Shown here piece by piece: positions 60,538 to 64,000 of a stretch of DNA of 64,000 nucleotides. Made by a program: the position numbers and the translations under genes. Location of the stretch: the NCBI RefSeq assembly GCF_018350175.1, contig NC_058368.1:210368001-210432000 (forward strand), in the 5' to 3' direction. The notes beneath the pieces were generated by a model. The model ran no database searches. It had not been told where the DNA came from and saw only the letters and a program-made list of their open reading frames with translations. How positions within the stretch are numbered: position 1 is the first letter of the stretch; each line of letters starts with the position of its first letter. Origin of the DNA: Felis catus (taxonomy: Eukaryota).

Positions 60538-63500
60538 CTTTTGTTTGTTTGTTTCGTTTTTTTCAATATATGAAATTTATTGTCAAATAAATATCTTTTC
60601 CCATTCCGTTGGTTGCCTTTTAGTTTTGTTGGTTGTTTCCTTTGCTGTGCAGAAGCTTTTTATCTTCATAAGGTCCCAGTGGTTCATTTTTGCTTTGAAT
60701 TCCCTTGCCTTTGGGGATGTCAAGTAAGAAATTGCTATGGCTGAGGTCAGAGAGGTCTTTTCCTGCTTTCTCCTCTAGGGTTTTGATGGTATCCTGTCTC
60801 ACATTCAGGTCCTTTATCCATTTTGAGTTTATTTTTGTGAATGGTGTGAGAAAGTGGTCTAGTTTCAATCTTATGCATGTTGCTGTCCAGTTCTCCCAGC
60901 AGCATTTGTTAAAGAGACTGTCTTTTTCCATTGGATGTTCTTTCCTGCTTTGTTAAAGATTAGTTGGCCATACGTTTGTGGGTCTAGTTCTGGGGTTTCC
61001 ATTCTATTCTATTGGTCTATGTGTCTGTTTTTGTGCCAATACCATGCTGTCTTGATGATGACAGCTTTGTAGTAGAGGCTAAAGTCTGGGATTGTGATGC
61101 CTCCTGCTTTGGTCTTCTTCAAAATTACTTTGGCTATTCAGGGCCTTTTGTGGTTCCATATGAATTTTAGGATTGCTTGTTCTAGTTTTGAGAAGAATGC
61201 TGGTGCAATTTTGATTGGGATTGCATTGAATGCGTAGATAGCTTTGGGTAGTATTGACATTTTGACAATATTTATTCTCCCAATCCATGAGCACAGAATG
61301 TTTTTCCATTTCTTTATATCTTTTTCAATTTCCTTCATAAGCTTTCTATAGTTTTCAGCATACAGATCTTTCACATATTTGGTTAGATTTATCCCTAGGT
61401 ATTTTATGCTTCTTGGTGTAATTGTGAATGGGATCAGTTTCTTTATTTGTCTTTCTGTTGCTTCATTATTAGTGTATAAGAATGCAACTGATTTCTGTAC
61501 ATTGATTTTGTATCCTGCAACTTTTCTAAATTCATGTATCAGTTCCAGCAGACTTTTGGTGGAGTCTATCGGATTTTCCATGTATAATATCATGTCATCT
61601 GCAAAAAGCGAAAGCTTGACTTCATCTTTGCCAATTTTAATGCCTTTGATTTCCTTTTGTTGTCTGATTGCTGATGCTAGAACTTCGGACACTATGTTAA
61701 ACAACAGTGGTGAGAGTGGACATCCCTGTCGTGTTCCTGATCTCAGGGAAGAAGCTCTCAGTTTTTCCCCATTGAGCATGATGTTAGCTGTGGGCTTTTC
61801 ACATATGGCTTTTATGATTTTTAAGTATGTTCCTTCTATCCTGACTTTCTTGAGCGTTTTTATTAAGAAACGTTGCTGAATTTTGTCAAATGCCTTTTCT
61901 GCATCGATTGACAGGATCATATGGTTCTTATCTTTTCTTTTATTAATGTGATGTATCACATTGATTGATTTGCGAATGTTGAACCAGCCCTGCATCCCAG
62001 GAATGAATCCCACTTGATCATGGTGAATAATTCTTTTTATATGCTGTTGAATTCGATTTGCTAGTATCTTATTGAGAATTTTTGCATCCATATTCATCAG
62101 GGATATTGGCCTCTGGTTCTCTTTTTTTACTGGGTCTCTGTCTGGTTTAGAAATCAAAGTAATACTGGCTTCATAGAATGAGTCTGGAAGTTTTCCTTCC
62201 CTTTCTGTTTTTTGGAATAGCTTGAGAAGGATAGGTATTATCTTTGCTTTAAACGTCTGGTAGAACTCCCCTGGGAAGCCATCTGGTCCTGGACTCTTAT
62301 TTGTTGGGAGATTTTTGATGACTGATTCAATTTCTTCGCTGGTTATGGATCTGTTCAAGCTTTCTATTTCCTCCTCATTGAGTTTTGGAAGAGTGTGGGT
62401 GTTTAGGAATTTGTCCGTTTCTTCCAGGTTGTCCAGTTTGTTGGCATACAGTTTTTCACAGTATTCCCTGATAATTGCTTGTATCTCTGAGGGATTGGTT
62501 GTAATAATTCCATTTTCATTCATGATTTTATCTATTTGGGTCCTCTCCATTTTCTTTTTGAGAAGCCTGGCTAGAGGTTTATCAATTTTGTTTATTTTTT
62601 CAAAAAACCAACTCTTGGTTTCATTGATCTGCTCTACAGTTTATTTAGATTCTATATTGTTCATTTCTGCTCTGATCTTTATTATTTCTCTTCTTCTGAT
62701 GGGTTTAGGCTGTCTTTGCTGTTCTGTTTCTATTTCCTTTAGGTGTTCTGTTAGATTTTGTATTTGGGATTTTTCTTGTTTCTTGAGATAGGCCTGGATT
62801 GCAATGTATTTTCCTCTCAGGACTGCCTTCGCTGCATCCCAAAGCGTTTGGATTGTTGTATTTTCATTTTCTTTGTTTCCATATATTTTTTTATTTCTTC
62901 TCTAATTGCCTGGTTGACCCACTCATTCTTTAGTAGGGTGTTCTTTAACCTCCATGCTTTTGGAGGTTTTCCAGACTTTTTCCTGTGGTTGATTTCAAGC
63001 TTCATAGCATTGTGGTCTGAAAGTATGCATGGTATGATTTCAATTCTTGTATACTTATGAAGGGCTGTTTTGTGACCCAGTATGTGATCTATCTTGGAGA
63101 ATGTTCCATGTGCACTTGAGAAGAAAGTATATTCTGTTGCTTTGGGATGCAGAGTTCTAAATATATCTGTCAAGTCCATCTGATCCAATGTCTCATTCAG
63201 GGCCCTTGTTTCTTTATTGACCGTGTGTCTAGATGATCTATCCATTTCTGTAAGTGGAGTGTTAAAGTCCCCTGCAATTACCACATTCTTATCAATAAGG
63301 TTGCTTATGTTTATGAGTAATTGTTTTATATATTTGGGGACTCCAGTATTCGGCGCATAGACATTTATAATTGTTAGCTCTTCCTGATGGATAGACCCTG
63401 TGATTATTATATAATGCCTTTCTTAGGCTCTTGTTACAGCCTTTAATTTAAAGTCTAGTTTGTCTGATATAAGTATGGCTACTCCAGCTTTCTTTTGCCT

Positions 63501-64000
63501 TCCAGTGGCATGATAAATAGTTCTCCATCCCCTCACTCTCAATCTGAAGGTGTCCTCAGGTCTAAAAAGAGTCTCTTGCAGACAGCAAATAGATGGGTCT
63601 TGTTTTTGTATCCATTCTGATACCCTATGTCTTTTGGTTGGCGCATTTAGTCCATTTACATTCAGTGTTATTATAGAAAGATATGGGTTTAGAGTCATTG
63701 TGATGTCTGTAGGTTTCATGCTTGTAGCGATGTCTCTGGTACTTTGTCTCACAGGATCCCCCTTAGGATCTCTTGTAGGGCTGGTTTAGTGGTGACGAAT
63801 TCCTTCAGTTTTTGTTTGTTTTGGAAGACCTTTATCTCTCCTTCTATTCTAAATGACAGACTTGCTGGATAAAGGATTCTCGGCTGCATATTTTTTCTGT
63901 TCATCACATTGAAGATCTCTTGCCATTCCTTTCTGGCCTGCCAAGTTTCAGTAGAGAGATCGGTCACGAGTCTTATAGGTCTCCCTTTATATGTGAGAGC
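60538..64000 (-). mobile_element. Relatively young L1 (L1_Fc-like), antisense, non-functional, continues past the window
   Basis: ORF1 C-terminus 63749-63967; ORF2 endonuclease 63423-63752 and 62817-63284; 470-aa RT segment 61138-62550 (FADD). Stop and frameshifts separate the segments; T-rich tail near 60540. Confidence 0.96.

Noticed and set aside
61138..62550. 470-aa reverse transcriptase ORF as a novel RT system or active element
   Set aside because: Ordinary LINE-1 ORF2 segment, bounded by frameshifts/stops and missing its C-terminus.

Overview
Mammalian genomic DNA, almost certainly from a felid (abundant feline-type Can-SINEs and L1_Fc-like LINE-1). All genes are on the + strand. The window opens with the last two coding exons and a probable ~6 kb 3'UTR of LMBRD2, followed by a nested L1 block. 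Next comes a tandem array of three UGT3A (UDP-glycosyltransferase 3A) units. (1) An unprocessed pseudogene (~15989-27331) retains relics of exons 1, 2, 4 and 7; its start-less exon 1 lies inside a dense CpG island and keeps a perfect splice donor. (2) An intact 7-exon, 523-aa UGT3A2-like gene (28844-54913) has catalytic His35, Phe391 and a KxKxx tail. (3) Exons 1-2 of a further UGT3A paralog begin at 58049, and the gene runs off the window through an antisense L1. The most notable observations are the possibly repurposed pseudogene CpG-island exon 1, a duplicated exon-6 splice acceptor embedded in AT-rich repeats in intron 6, and an HNF4-type DR1 element present in one paralog and degraded in the other. 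No prokaryotic-type system, RNA gene or CRISPR array was seen. Repeat family names are from pattern recognition and their boundaries are approximate.
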